Both the position numbers and the translations under genes were made by a program. From contig CM059433.1 in assembly GCA_030390025.1 (NCBI GenBank), forward strand, positions 25,856,001 through 25,920,000: DNA of 64,000 nucleotides, given 5' to 3'. Shown in pieces: positions 13,201 to 28,200 of the stretch (position 1 is its first letter; every line of letters starts with the position of its first letter). This DNA is from Squalus acanthias (taxonomy: Eukaryota). The notes beneath the pieces are model-generated. The model saw only the letters and a list, made by a program, of their open reading frames with translations, did no database searches and was not told the DNA's origin.

Positions 13201-16200
13201 AGGACACGCCCCTGGGTTAGTGTCAGAGGACACGCCCCTGGGTTACAGTGTAAGAGGACACACCCTGGGTTACAGTGTAAGAGGACACGCCCCTCGGTTA
13301 CAGTGCAAGATGACACGCCCCTGGGTTACAGTTTAAGAGGACACGCCCCTCGGTTACAGTGTCAGAGGACACGGCCCTCGGTTACAGTGTAAGAGGACAC
13401 GCCCCTCAGTTACAGTGTCAGAGGACACGCCCCTCGGTTACAGTGTAAGAGGACACGCCCCTCGGTTTCATTTTATGAGGACACGCCCCTCGGTTACAGT
13501 GTCAGAGGACGCGCCCCTCAGTTACAGTGTCAGAGGACACACCCCTGGGCTACAGTGTAAGAGGACACGCCCCTCGGTTACATGTAATAGGACACGCCCC
13601 TCGGTTACAGTGTAAGAGGACACGCCCCTCGGTTACAGTGCAAGAGGACACGCCCCTCGGTTACATGTAATAGGACACGCCCCTCGGTTACAGTGTCAGA
13701 GGACACGCCCCTGGGTTACAGTGTAAGAGGACACGCCCCTGGGTTACAGTGTAAGAGGACACGCCCCTGGGTTACAGTGGAAGAGGACACGCCCCTGGGT
13801 TACAGTGTAAGAGGACACGCCCCTCGGTTACATGTAAGTGGACACGCCCCTCGGTTACATGTAAGAGGACACGCCCCTCGGTTACATGTAAGAGGACACG
13901 CCCCTCGGTTACATGTAAGAGGACACGACCCTCAGTTACAGTGTAAGAGGATACGCCCCTCGGTTACAGTGTAAGAGGACACGCCCCTGGGTTACAGTGT
14001 AAGAGGACACGCCCCTCGGTTACATGTAAGAGGACACGCCCCTCGGTTACATGTAAGAGGACACGCCCCTCAGTTACAGTGTAAGAGGACACGCCCCTCG
14101 GTTACAGTGTAAGAGGACACGCCCCACGTTTACAGTGTAAGAGGACACGCCCCTCGGTTACAGTGTAAGAGGACACACCCCTCAGTTACAGTGTAAGAGG
14201 ACACGCCCCTCGGTTACATGTAAGAGGACACGCCCCTGGGTTACAGTGTAAGAAGACACGCCCCTGGGTTACAGTGTAAGGGGACACGCCCCTCGGTTAC
14301 TACGTAAGAGGACACGCCCCTCGGTTACAGTGTAAGAGGACACGCCCCTCGGTTACATGTAATAGGACACGCCCCTCGGTTACAGTGTCAGAGGACACGC
14401 CCCTGGGTTACAGTGTAAGAGGACACGCCCCTGGGTTACAGTGTAAGAGGACACGCCCCTGGGTTACAGTGTAAGAGGACACGCCCCTCGGTTACATGTA
14501 AGAGGACACGCCCCTCGATTACATGTAAGAGGACACGCCCCTCGGTTACATGTAAGAGGACACGCCCCTCGGTTACATGTAAGAGGACACGACCCTCAGT
14601 TACAGTGTAAGAGGACACGCCCCTCGGTTACATGTAAGAGGACACGCCCCTGGGTTACAGTGTAAGAAGACACGCCCCTGGGTTACAGTGTAAGGGGACA
14701 TGCCCCTCGGTTACTACGTAAGAGGACACGCCCCTCGGTTACAGTGTAAGAGGACACGCCCCTGGGTTAGTGTCAGAGGACACGCCCCTGGGTTACAGTG
14801 TAAGAGGACACACCCTGGGTTACAGTGTAAGAGGACACGCCCCTTGGTTACAGTGCAAGATGACACGCCCCTGGGTTACAGTTTAAGAGGACACGCCCCT
14901 CAGTTACAGTGTAAGAGGACACGCCCCTCGGTCACAGTGTAAGAGGACCCGCCCCTCGGTTACAGTGTAAGATGACAGGCCCCTCGTTTAAATGTAAGAT
15001 GACGCGCCCCTCGGTCACAGTGTAAGAGGACATGCCCCTCGGTCACAGTGTAAGAGGACACACCCATTGGTCACAGTGTAAGAGGACACGCCCCTCGGTC
15101 ACAGTGTAAGAGGACCCGCCTCTCGGTTACAGTGTAAGAGGACATGCCCCTCGGTCACAGTGTAGGAGGACACGCCCCTTGGTCACAGTGTAGGAGGACA
15201 CGCCCCTCGGTCACAGTGTAAGAGGACATGCCTCTTGTTCACAGTGTAAGAGGACACACCCATTGGTCACAGTGTAAGAGGACATGCCTCTTGGTTACAG
15301 TGTTAGAGGACACACCCCTCGGTTACACTGTAAGAGACATGCCCCTCGGTTACAGTGTAAGAGGACACACCCCTTGTTCACAGTGTAAGAGGACACACCC
15401 CTCGGTTACAGTGTAAGGGGACACACCCCTCGGTTACAGTGTAAGAGGACACGCCCCTCGGTTACATGTAAGAGGACACGCCCCTCGGTTACATGTAAGA
15501 GGACACGCCCCTCAGTTACAGTGTAAGAGGACACGCCCCTCGGTTACAGTGTAAGAGGACACGCCCCACGTTTACAGTGTAAGAGGACACGCCCCTCGGT
15601 TACAGTGTAAGAGGACACACCCCTCAGTTACAGTGTAAGAGGACACGCCCCTCGGTTACATGTAAGAGGACACGCCCCTGGGTTACAGTGTAAGAAGACA
15701 CGCCCCTGGGTTACAGTGTAAGGGGACACGCCCCTCGGTTACTACGTAAGAGGACACGCCCCTCGGTTACAGTGTAAGAGGACACGCCCCTCGGTTACAT
15801 GTAATAGGACACGCCCCTCGGTTACAGTGCCAGAGGACACGCCCCTGGGTTACAGTGTAAGAGGACACGCCCCTGGGTTACAGTGTAAGAGGACACGCCC
15901 CTGGGTTACAGTGTAAGAGGACACGCCCCTCGGTTACATGTAAGAGGACACGCCCCTCGGTTACATGTAAGAGGACACGCCCCTCGGTTACATGTAAGAG
16001 GACACGCCCCTCGGTTACATGTAAGAGGACACGACCCTCTGTTACAGTGTAAGAGGACACGCCCCTCGGTTACATGTAAGAGGACACGCCCCTGGGTTAC
16101 AGTGTAAGAAGACACGCCCCTGGGTTACAGTGTAAGGGGACACGCCCCTCGGTTACTACGTAAGAGGACACGCCCCTCGGTTACAGTGTAAGAGGACACG

Positions 16201-19200
16201 CCCCTGGGTTAGTGTCAGAGGACACGCCCCTGGGTTGCAGTGTAAGAGGACACACCCTGGGTTACAGTGTAAGAGGACACGCCCCTCGGTTACAGTGCAA
16301 GATGACACGCCCCTGGGTTACAGTTTAAGAGGACACGCCCCTCGGTTACAGTGTAAGAGGACACGCCCCTCGGTCACAGTGTAAGAGGACCCGCCCCTCG
16401 GTTACAGTGTAAGATGACAGGCCCCTCGTTTAAATGTAAGATGACGCGCCCCTCGGTCACAGTGTAAGAGGACATGCCCCTCGGTCACAGTGTAAGAGGA
16501 CACACCCATTGGTCACAGTGTAAGAGGACACGCCCCTCGGTCACAGTGTAAGAGGACCCGCCTCTCGGTTACAGTGTAAGACGATATGCCCCTCGGTCAC
16601 AGTGTAGGAGGACACGCCCCTTGGTACAGTGTAGGAGGACACGCCCCTCGGTCACAGTGTAAGAGGACATGCCTCTTGTTCACAGTGTAAGAGGACACAC
16701 CCCTTGGTCACAGTGTAAGAGGACATGCCTCTTGGTTACAGTGTAAGAGGACACACCCCTCGGTTACACTGTAAGAGACATGCCCCTCGTTTACAGTGTA
16801 AGAGGACACACCCCTTGTTCACAGTGTAAGAGGACACACCCCTCGGTTACAGTGTAAGGGGACACACCCCTCGGTTACAGTGTAAGAGGACACGCCCCTC
16901 GGTTACAGTGTAAGGGGACATGCCCCTCGGTTACAGTGTAAGAGGACACGCCCCTCGGTTACACTGTAAGAGGACACGCCCCTTGTTCACAGTGTAAGAG
17001 GACACGCCTCTCGGTTACAGTGTAAGAGGACACACCCCTTGGTTACAGTGTAAGAGGACACGCCCCTCGGTTACAGTGTAAGAGGACACGCCCCTCGGTT
17101 ACAGTGCCAGAGTACACGCACCTCAGTTACAGTGTAAGAGGGCACGCCCCTCAGTTACAGTGTAAGAGGACACGCCCCTCAGTTACAGTGTAAGAGGACA
17201 CACCCCTCGGTTAAATTGTCAGAGGACACACCCCTTAGTTACAGTGTAAGAGGACACGTCCCTCGGTTACAGTGTAAGAGGACACGCCCCTCAGTTACAG
17301 TGTAAGAGGACACGCCCCTCGGTTACAGTGTAAGAGGACACGCCCCTCAGTTACAGTGTAAGAGGACACGCCCCTCGGTTACAGTGTAAGAGGACACACC
17401 CCTCAGTTACAGTGTAAGAGGACACGCCCCTCAGTTACAGTGTCAGAGGACACGCCCCTGGGTTACAGTGTAAGAGGTCACGCCCCTGGGTTACAGTTTA
17501 AGAGGACACACCCCGTGGTTACAGTGTAAGAGGACACGCCCCTCAGTTACATTGTAAGTGGTCACGCCCCTCGGTTACAGTGTAAGAGGACACGCCTCTC
17601 CGTTACACTGTAAGAGGACACACCCCTCGGTTACAGTGTAAGAGGTCATGCCCCTGTGTTACAGTGTAAGAGGACATGCCCCTCGGTTACAGTGTAAGAG
17701 GACATGCCCCTCGGTTACAGTGTAAGAGGACATGCCCCTCGGTTACAGTGTAGCGAACACACCCCTCGGTTACAGTGTAAGAGGACACACCCCTCGGTTA
17801 CAGTGTAAGAGGACACGCCCCTCGGTTACAGTGTACGAGGACATGCCCCTCGGTTACAGTGTAAAAGGACACGCCCCTCAGTTACACTGTAAGAGGACAC
17901 ACCCCTCGGTTACACTGTAAGAGGACACACCCCTCAGTTACACTGTAAGAGGACACGCCCCTCGATTACAGTGTAAGAGGATACGCCCCTCGGTTACAGT
18001 GTAAGAGGACACGCCCCTCGGTTACAGTGTATGAGCACACGCCCCTTGGTTACAGTGTAAGAGCACACGCTCCTCGGTTACAGTGTCAGAGGACACGCCC
18101 CTCGGTTACAATGTAAGAGGACCCGCCCCTCGGTTACAGTTTAAGAGGACACGCCCCTCGGTTACAGTGTCAGAGGATACGCCCCTTGGTTACAGTGTAA
18201 GAGGACACGCCCCTCGGTTACAGTGAAAGAGGACACGCCCCTCGGTTACAGTGTCAGAGGACACGCCCCTCGGTTACAGTGTAAGAGGACACGCCCCTCG
18301 GTTACAGTGTCAGAGGACACGCCCCTCAGTTACAGAGCAAGAGGACACGCCCCTCAGTTACAGAGCAAGAGGACACGCCCCTCAGTTACAGAGCAAGAGA
18401 ACACGCCCCTCAGTTACAGTGTCAGAGGACACGCCCCTCGGTTAAAGTGTAAGAGGCCACGCCCCTCGGTTACAGTATCAGAGGACACGCCCCTCAGTTA
18501 CAGTGTAAGAGGGCACGCCCCTCGGTTAAAGTGTAAGAGGCCACGCCCCTCGGTTACAATGTCAGAGGACACGTCCCTCGGTTACAGTGTAAGAGGACAC
18601 GCCCCTCCATTACAGTGTCAGAGGACACGCCCCTCGGTTACAGTGTAAGAGGACACGCCCCTCGGTTACAGTGTCAGAGGACACACCCCTCGGTTACAGT
18701 GTAAGAGGACACACCCCTCGGTTACAGTGTAAGAGGGCACACCCCTCGGTTACAAAGTAAGAGGACACACCCCTCGGTTACAGTGTAAGAGGACACACCC
18801 CTCGGTTACAGTGTAAGAGGACACACCCCTCAGTTACAGTGTAAAAGGACACGCCCCTCGGTTACACTGTAAGAGGACACACCCCTCGGTTACAGTGTCA
18901 GAGGACACACCCCTCGGTTACAGTGTAAGAGGGCACACCCCTCGGTTACAGTGTAAGAGGACACACCCCTCGGTTACAGTGTAAGAGGACACACCCCTCG
19001 GTTACAGTGTAAGAGGGCACACCCCTCGGTTACAGTGTAAGAGGACACACCCCTCGGTTACAGTGTAAGAGGACACACCCCTCGGTTACAGTGTAAGAGG
19101 GCACACCCCTCGGTTACAAAGTAAGAGGACACACCCCTCGGTTACAGTGTAAGAGGACACACCCCTCGGTTACAGTGTAAGAGGACACACCCCTCAGTTA

Positions 19201-22200
19201 CAGTGTAAAAGGACACGCCCCTCGGTTACACTGTAAGAGGACACACCCCTCGGTTACACTGTAAGAGGACACACCCCTCGGTTACAGTGTAAGAGGACAC
19301 GCCCCTCGGTTACAGTGTAAAAGGACACGCCCCTCGGTTACACTGTAAGAGGACACACCCCTCGGTTACACTGAAGGAGGACACACCCCTGGGTTACAGT
19401 GTAAGTGGACACACCCCTCGGTTACACTGTAAGAGGACATGCCCCTCGGTTACAGTGTAAGAGGTCACGCCCCTCGATTACAGTGTAAGAGGACACGCCT
19501 CTCGGTTACAGTGTAAGAGGACACGCCACTCGGTTAAAATGTAAGAGGACACGACCCTCGGTTACCGTGTAAGAGGACACGCCCCTCGGTTACAGTGTAA
19601 GAGGATACGCCCCTCGGTTACAGTGTAAGAGGATACGCCCCTCGGTTACAGTGTCAGAGGACACGCCCCTCGTTTACAATGTAAGAGGACACGCCCCTCG
19701 GTTACAGTTTAAGAGGACACGCCCTTCGGTTACAGTGTCAGAGGATACGCCCCTTGGTTACAGTGTAAGAGGACACGCCCCTCGGTTACAGTGAAAGAGG
19801 ACACGCCCCTCGGTTACAGTGTAAGAGGTTACACGCCCCTCGGTTACAGTGAAAGAGGGCACGCCCCTCGGTTACAGTGTAAGAGGACATGCCCCTCGGT
19901 TACAGTGTAAGAGGACACACCCCTCGGTTACAGTGAAAGAGGACATGCCCCTCGTTTACAGTGTAAGAGGACATGCTTCTGGGTTACATTGTAAGAGGAC
20001 ACGCCTCTCGGTTACAGAGCAAGAGGTCACGCCCCTCAGTTACAGAGCAAGAGGACACGCCCCTCAGTTACAGTGTCAGAGGACATGCCCCTCGGTTACA
20101 GTGTCAGAGGACACACCCCTCAGTTACAGTGTCAGAGGACACGCCCCTCGGTTACAGTGTAAGAGGACACGCCCCTCGGTTACAGTGTCAGAGGACATGC
20201 CCCTCGGTTACAGTGTAAGAGGACACGCCCCTCCGTTACAGTGTCAGAGGACACGCCCCTCGGTTACTTTTTAAGAGGACACGCCCCTCGGTTACAGTGT
20301 CAGAGAACACGCCCCTCGGTTACTTTGTAAGAGGACACGCCCCTCGGTTACAGTGTCAGAGGACACGCCCCTCGGTTACAGTGTAAGAGGACACGCCCCT
20401 TGGTTACAGTGTCAGAGGACACGCCCCTCGGTTACAGTGTAAGAGGACACGCCCCTCGGTTACAGTGTAAGAGGACACACCCCTCAGTTACAGTGTAAGA
20501 GGACACGCCCCTCGGTTACAGTGTAAGAGGACACGCCCCTCGGTTACAGTGTAAGAGGACACACCCCTCAGTTACAGTGTAAGAGGGCACACCCCTCAGT
20601 TACTCTGTAAGAGGACACGCCCCTCAGTTACAGTGTAAGAGGACACACCCCTCGGTTACAGTGTAAGAGGACACACCCCTCAGTTACAGTGTAAGAGGAC
20701 ACACCCCTCGGTTACAGTGTAAGAGGACACACCCCTCAGTTACTCTGTAAGAGGACACACCCCTCAATTACTCTGTAAGAGGACACACCCCTCGGTTACA
20801 GTGTAAGAGGACACACCCCTCAGTTACTCTGTGATAGGACACACCCCTCGGTTACAGTGTAAGAGGACACACCCCTCGGTTACAGTGTCAGAGGACACGC
20901 CCCTCGGTTACAGTGTAAGAGGACACGCCCCTCGGTTACAGTGTAAGAGGACACGCCCCTTGGTTACAGTGTAAGAGGGCATACCCCTCGGTTACAGTGT
21001 AAGAGGACACACCCCTCGGTTACAGTGTAAGAGGACACACCCCTCGGTTACAGTGTAAGAGGACACGCCCCTCGGTTACAGTGTAAGAGGACACGCCCCT
21101 CGGTTACAGTGTAAGAGGACACACCCCTCGGTTACAGTGTAAGAGGACACACCCCTCGGTTACAGTGTAAAAGGACACGCCCCTCGGTTACACTGTCAGA
21201 GGACACACCCCTCGGTTACACTGTAAGAGGACACACCCCTCGGTTACAGTGTAAGAGGACACGCCCCTCGGTTACAGTGTCAGAGGACACGCCCCTCGGT
21301 TACAATGTAAGAGGACACGCCCCTCGGTTACAGTTTAAGAGGACACGCCCCTCGGTTACAGTGTCAGAGGATACGCCCCTTGGTTACAGTGTAAGAGGAC
21401 ACGCCCCTCGGTTACAGTGAAAGAGGACACGCCCCTCGGTTACAGTGTAAGAGGTTACACGCCCCTCGGTTACAGTGAAAGAGGGCACGCCCATCGGTTA
21501 CAGTGTAAGAGGACATGCCCCTCGGTTACAGTGTAAGATGACACGCCCCTCGGTTACAGTGTCAGAGGACACGCCCCTCCGTTACAGTGAAAGAGGACAC
21601 GCCCCTCGGTTACAGTGTAAGAGGACATGCTTCTGGGTTACATTGTAAGAGGACACGCCTCTCGGTTACGGAGCAAGAGGACACGCCCCTCAGTTACAGA
21701 GCAAGAGGACACGCCCCTCAGTTACAGTGTCAGAGGACATGCCCCTCGGTTACAGTGTCAGAGGACACACCCCTCAGTTACAGTGTCAGAGGACACGCCC
21801 CTCGGTTACAGTGTAAGAGGACACGCCCCTCGGTTACAGTGTCAGAGGACACGCCCCTCGGTTACAGTGTAAGAGGACACGCCCCTCCGTTACAGTGTCA
21901 GAGGACACGCCCCTCGGTTACTTTGTAAGAGGACACGCCCCTCGGTTACAGTGTCAGAGGACACACCCCTCGGTTACTTTGTAAGAGGACACGCCCCTCG
22001 GTTACAGTGTCAGAGGACACGCCCCTCGGTTACAGTGTAAGAGGACACGCCCCTCGGCCACAGTGTCAGAGGTCACGCCCCTCGGTTACAGTTTAAGAGG
22101 ACACGCCCTTCGGTTACAGTGTCAGAGGATACGCCCCTTGGTTACAGTGTAAGAGGACACGCCCCTCGGTTACAGTGAAAGAGGACATGCCCCTCGGTTA

Positions 22201-25200
22201 CAGTGTAAGAGGTTACACGCCCCTCGGTTACAGTGAAAGAGGGCACGCCCCTCGGTTACAGTGTAAAAGGACATGTCCCTCGGTTACCGTGTAAGAGGAC
22301 ACGCCCCTCGGTTACAGTGTCAGAAGACACACCCCTCAGTTACAGTGAAAGAGGACACACCCCTCGGTTACAGTGTCAGAGGACACGCCCCTCGGTTACT
22401 TTGTAAGAGGACACGCCCCTCGGTTACAGTGTCAGAGGACACACCCCTCGGTTACTTTGTAAGAGGATACGCCCCTTGGTTACAGTGTAAGAGGACACGC
22501 CCCTCGGTTACAGTGAAAGAGGACACGCCCCTCGGTTACAGTGTAAGAGGACATGCCCCTCGGTTACAGTGTCAGAGGACACACCCCTCAGTTACAGTGT
22601 CAGTGGACACGCCCCTCGGTTACAGTGTAAGAGGACACGCCCCTCGGTTACAGTGTCAGAGGACACGCCCCTCGGTTACAGTGTAAGAGGACACGCCCCT
22701 CCGTTACAGTGTCAGAGGACACGCCCCTCGGTTACTTTGTAAGAGGACACGCCACTCGGTTACAGTGTCAGAGAACACGCCCCTCGGTTACTTTGTAAGA
22801 GGACACGCCCCTCGGTTACAGTGTCAGAGGACACGCCCCTCGGTTACAGTGTAAGAGGACACGCCCCTTGGTTACAGTGTCAGAGGACACGCCCCTCGGT
22901 TACAGTGTAAGAGGACACGCCCCTCGGTTACAGTGTAAGAGGACACGCCCCTCGGTTACAGTGTAAGAGGACACGCCCCTCGGATACAATGTAAGAGGAC
23001 ACACCCCTCAGTTACAGTGTAAGAGGACACACCCCTCGGTTACAGTGTAAGAGGACACGCCCCTCGGTTACAGTGTAAGAGGACACACCCCTCAGTTACA
23101 GTGTAAGAGGACACGCCCCTCGGTTACAGTGTAAGAGGACACGCCCCTCGGTTACAGTGTAAGAGGACACACCCCTCAGTTACAGTGTAAGAGGACACAC
23201 CCCTCAGTTACTCTGTAAGAGGACACGCCCCTCAGTTACAGTGTAAGAGGACACACCCCTCGGTTACAGTGTAAGAGGACACACCCCTCAGTTACAGTGT
23301 AAGAGTACACACCCCTCGGTTACAGTGGAAGAGGACACACCCCTCAGTTACTCTGTAAGAGGACACACACCTCAGTTACTCTGTAAGAGGACACACCCCT
23401 CGGTTACAGTGTAAGAGGACACACCCCTCAGTTACTCTGTGATAGGACACACCCCTCGGTTACAGTGTAAGAGGACACACCCCTCGGTTACAGTGTCAGA
23501 GGACACGCCCCTCGGTTACAGTGTAAGAGGACACGCCCCTCGGTTACAGTGTAAGAGGACACGCCCCTCGGTTACAGTGTAAGAGGGCATACCCCTCGGT
23601 TACAGTGTAAGAGGACACACCCCTCGGTTACAGTGTAAGAGGACACACCCCTCGGTAACAGTGTAAGAGGACACGCCCCTCGGTTACAGTGTAAGAGGAC
23701 ACGCCCCTCGGTTACAGTGTAAGAGGACACACCCCTCGGTTACAGTGTAAGAGGACACACCCCTCGGTTACAGTGTAAAAGGACACGCCCCTCGGTTACA
23801 CTGTCAGAGGACACACCCCTCGGTTACACTGTAAGAGGACACACCCCTCGGTTACAGTGTAAGAGGACACGCCCCTCGGTTACAGTGTCAGAGGACACGC
23901 CCCTCGGTTACAATGTAAGAGGACACGCCCCTCGGTTACAGTTTAAGAGGACACGCCCCTCGGTTACAGTGTCAGAGGATACGCCCCTTGGTTACAGTGT
24001 AAGAGGACACGCCCCTCGGTTACAGTGAAAGAGGACATGCCCCTCGGTTACAGTGTAAGAGGTTACACGCCCCTCGGTTACAGTGAAAGAGGGCACGCCC
24101 ATCGGTTACAGTGTAAGAGGACATGCCCCTCGGTTACAGTGTAAGATGACACGCCCCTCGGTTACAGTGTCAGAGGACACGCCCCTCCGTTACAGTGAAA
24201 GAGGACACGCCCCTCGGTTACAGTGTAAGAGGACATGCTTCTGGGTTACATTGTAAGAGGACACGCCTCTCGGTTACAGAGCAAGAGGACACGCCCCTCA
24301 GTTACAGAGCAAGAGGACACGCCCCTCAGTTACAGTGTCAGAGGACATGCCCCTCGGTTACAGTGTCAGAGGACACACCCCTCAGTTACAGTGTCAGAGG
24401 ACACGCCCCTCGGTTACAGTGTAAGAGGACACGCCCCTCGGTTACAGTGTCAGAGGACACGCCCCTCGGTTACAGTGTAAGAGGACACGCCCCTCCGTTA
24501 CAGTGTCAGAGGACACGCCCCTCGGTTACTTTGTAAGAGGACACGCCCCTCGGTTACAGTGTCAGAGGACACACCCCTCGGTTACTTTGTAAGAGGACAC
24601 GCCCCTCGGTTACAGTGTCAGAGGACACGCCCCTCGGTTACAGTGAAAGAGGACACACCCCTCGTTTACAGTGTAAGAGGACATGCTTCTGGGTTACATT
24701 GTAAGAGGACACGCCTCTCGGTTACAGAGCAAGAGGACACGCCCCTCAGTTACAGAGCAAGAGGAAACGTCCCTCAGTTACAGTGTCAGAGGACACGCCC
24801 CTCGGTTACTTTGTAAGAGGACACGCCCCTCGGTTACACTGTCAGAGGACACACCCCTCGGTTACTTTGTAAGAGGATACGCCCCTTGGTTACAGTGTAA
24901 GAGGACACGCCCCTCGGTTACAGTGAAAGAGGACACGCCCCTCGGTTACAGTGTAAGAGGACATGCCCCTCGGTTACAGTGTCAGAGGACACACCCCTCA
25001 GTTACAGTGTCAGTGGACACGCCCCTCGGTTACAGTGTAAGAGGACACGCCCCTCGGTTACAGTGTCAGAGGACACGCCCCTCGGTTACAGTGTAAGAGG
25101 ACACGCCCCTCCGTTACAGTGTCAGAGGACACGCCCCTCGGTTACTTTGTAAGAGGACACGCCACTCGGTTACAGTGTCAGAGAACACGCCCCTCGGTTA

Positions 25201-28200
25201 CTTTGTAAGAGGACACGCCCCTCGGTTACAGTGTGAGAGGACACGCCCCTCGGTTACAGTGTAAGAGGACACGCCCCTTGGTTACAGTGTCAGAGGACAC
25301 GCCCCTCGGTTACAGTGTAAGAGGACACGCCCCTCGGTTACAGTGTAAGAGGACACGCCCCTCGGTTACAGTGTAAGAGGACACGCCCCTCGGATACAAT
25401 GTAAGAGGACACACCCCTCAGTTACAGTGTAAGAGGACACACCCCTCGGTTACAGTGTAAGAGGACACGCCCCTCGGTTACAGTGTAAGAGGACACACCC
25501 CTCAGTTACAGTGTAAGAGGACACGCCCCTCGGTTACAGTGTAAGAGGACACGCCCCTCGGTTACAGTGTAAGAGGACACACCCCTCAGTTACAGTGTAA
25601 GAGGGCACACCCCTCAGTTACTCTGTAAGAGGACACGCCCCTCAGTTACAGTGTAAGAGGACACACCCCTCGGTTACAGTGTAAGAGGACACACCCCTCA
25701 GTTACAGTGTAAGAGTACACACCCCTCGGTTACAGTGGAAGAGGACACACCCCTCAGTTACTCTGTAAGAGGACACACACCTCAGTTACTCTGTAAGAGG
25801 ACACACCCCTCGGTTACAGTGTAAGAGGACACACCCCTCAGTTACTCTGTGATAGGACACACCCCTCGGTTACAGTGTAAGAGGACACACCCCTCGGTTA
25901 CAGTGTCAGAGGACACGCCCCTCGGTTACAGTGTAAGAGGACACGCCCCTCGGTTACAGTGTAAGAGGACACGCCCCTCGGTTACAGTGTAAGAGGGCAT
26001 ACCCCTCGGTTACAGTGTAAGAGGACATGCTTCTGGGTTACATTGTAAGAGGACACGCCTCTCGGTTACAGAGCAAGAGGACACGCCCCTCAGTTACAGA
26101 GCAAGAGGAAACGCCCCTCAGTTACAGTGTCAGAGGACACGCCCCTCGGTTACTTTGTAAGAGGACACGCCCCTCGGTTACAGTGTCAGAGGACACACCC
26201 CTCGGTTACTTTGTAAGAGGATACGCCCCTTGGTTACAGTGTAAGAGGACACGCCCCTCGGTTACAGTGAAAGAGGACACGCCCCTCGGTTACAGTGTAA
26301 GAGGACATGCCCCTCGGTTACAGTGTCAGAGGACACACCCCTCAGTTACAGTGTCAGTGGACACGCCCCTCGGTTACAGTGTAAGAGGACACGCCCCTCG
26401 GTTACAGTGTCAGAGGACACGCCCCTCGGTTACAGTGTAAGAGGACACGCCCCTCCGTTACAGTGTCAGAGGACACGCCCCTCGGTTACTTTGTAAGAGG
26501 ACACGCCACTCGGTTACAGTGTCAGAGAACACGCCCCTCGGTTACTTTGTAAGAGGACACGCCCCTCGGTTACAGTGTCAGAGGACACGCCCCTCGGTTA
26601 CAGTGTAAGAGGACACGCCCCTTGGTTACAGTGTCAGAGGACACGCCCCTCGGTTACAGTGTAAGAGGACACGCCCCTCGGTTACAGTGTAAGAGGACAT
26701 GCCCCTCGGTTACAGTGTAAGAGGACACGCCCCTCGGATACAATGTAAGAGGACACACCCCTCAGTTACAGTGTAAGAGGACACACCCCTCGGTTACAGT
26801 GTAAGAGGACACGCCCCTCGGTTACAGTGTAAGAGGACACACCCCTCAGTTACAGTGTAAGAGGACACGCCCCTCGGTTACAGTGTAAGAGGACACGCCC
26901 CTCGGTTACAGTGTAAGAGGACACACCCCTCAGTTACAGTGTAAGAGGGCACACCCCTCAGTTACTCTGTAAGAGGACACGCCCCTCAGTTACAGTGTAA
27001 GAGGACACACCCCTCGGTTACAGTGGAAGAGGACACACCCCTCAGTTACTCTGTAAGAGGACACACCCCTCGGTTACAGTGTAAGAGGACACACCCCTCA
27101 GTTACTCTGTGATAGGACACACCCCTCGGTTACAGTGTAAGAGGACACACCCCTCGGTTACAGTGTCAGAGGACACGCCCCTCGGTTACAGTGTAAGAGG
27201 ACACGCCCCTCGGTTACAGTGTAAGAGGACACGCCCCTCGGTTACAGTGTAAGAGGGCATACCCCTCGGTTACAGTGTAAGAGGACACACCCCTCGGTTA
27301 CAGTGTAAGAGGACACACCCCTCGGTAACAGTGTAAGAGGACACGCCCCTCGGTTACAGTGTAAGAGGACACGCCCCTCGGTTACAGTGTAAGAGGACAC
27401 ACCCCTCGGTTACAGTGTAAGAGGACACACCCCTCGGTTACAGTGTAAAAGGACACGCCCCTCGGTTACACTGTCAGAGGACACACCCCTCGGTTACACT
27501 GTAAGAGGACACACCCCTCGGTTACAGTGTAAGAGGACACGCCCCTCGGTTACAGTGTCAGAGGACACGCCCCTCGGTTACAATGTAAGAGGACACGCCC
27601 CTCGGTTACAGTTTAAGAGGACACGCCCCTCGGTTACAGTGTCAGAGGATACGCCCCTTGGTTACAGTGTAAGAGGACACGCCCCTCGGTTACATTGAAA
27701 GAGGACATGCCCCTCGGTTACAGTGTAAGAGGTTACACGCCCCTCGGTTACAGTGAAAGAGGGCACGCCCATCGGTTACAGTGTAAGAGGACATGCCCCT
27801 CGGTTACAGTGTAAGATGACACGCCCCTCGGTTACAGTGTCAGAGGACACGCCCCTCCGTTACAGTGAAAGAGGACACGCCCCTCGGTTACAGTGTAAGA
27901 GGACATGCTTCTGGGTTACATTGTAAGAGGACACGCCTCTCGGTTACAGAGCAAGAGGACACGCCCCTCAGTTACAGAGCAAGAGGACACGCCCCTCAGT
28001 TACAGTGTCAGAGGACATGCCCCTCGGTTACAGTGTCAGAGGACACACCCCTCAGTTACAGTGTCAGAGGACACGCCCCTCGGTTACAGTGTAAGAGGAC
28101 ACGCCCCTCGGTTACAGTGTCAGAGGACACGCCCCTCGGTTACAGTGTAAGAGGACACGCCCCTCCGTTACAGTGTCAGAGGACACGCCCCTCGGTTACT

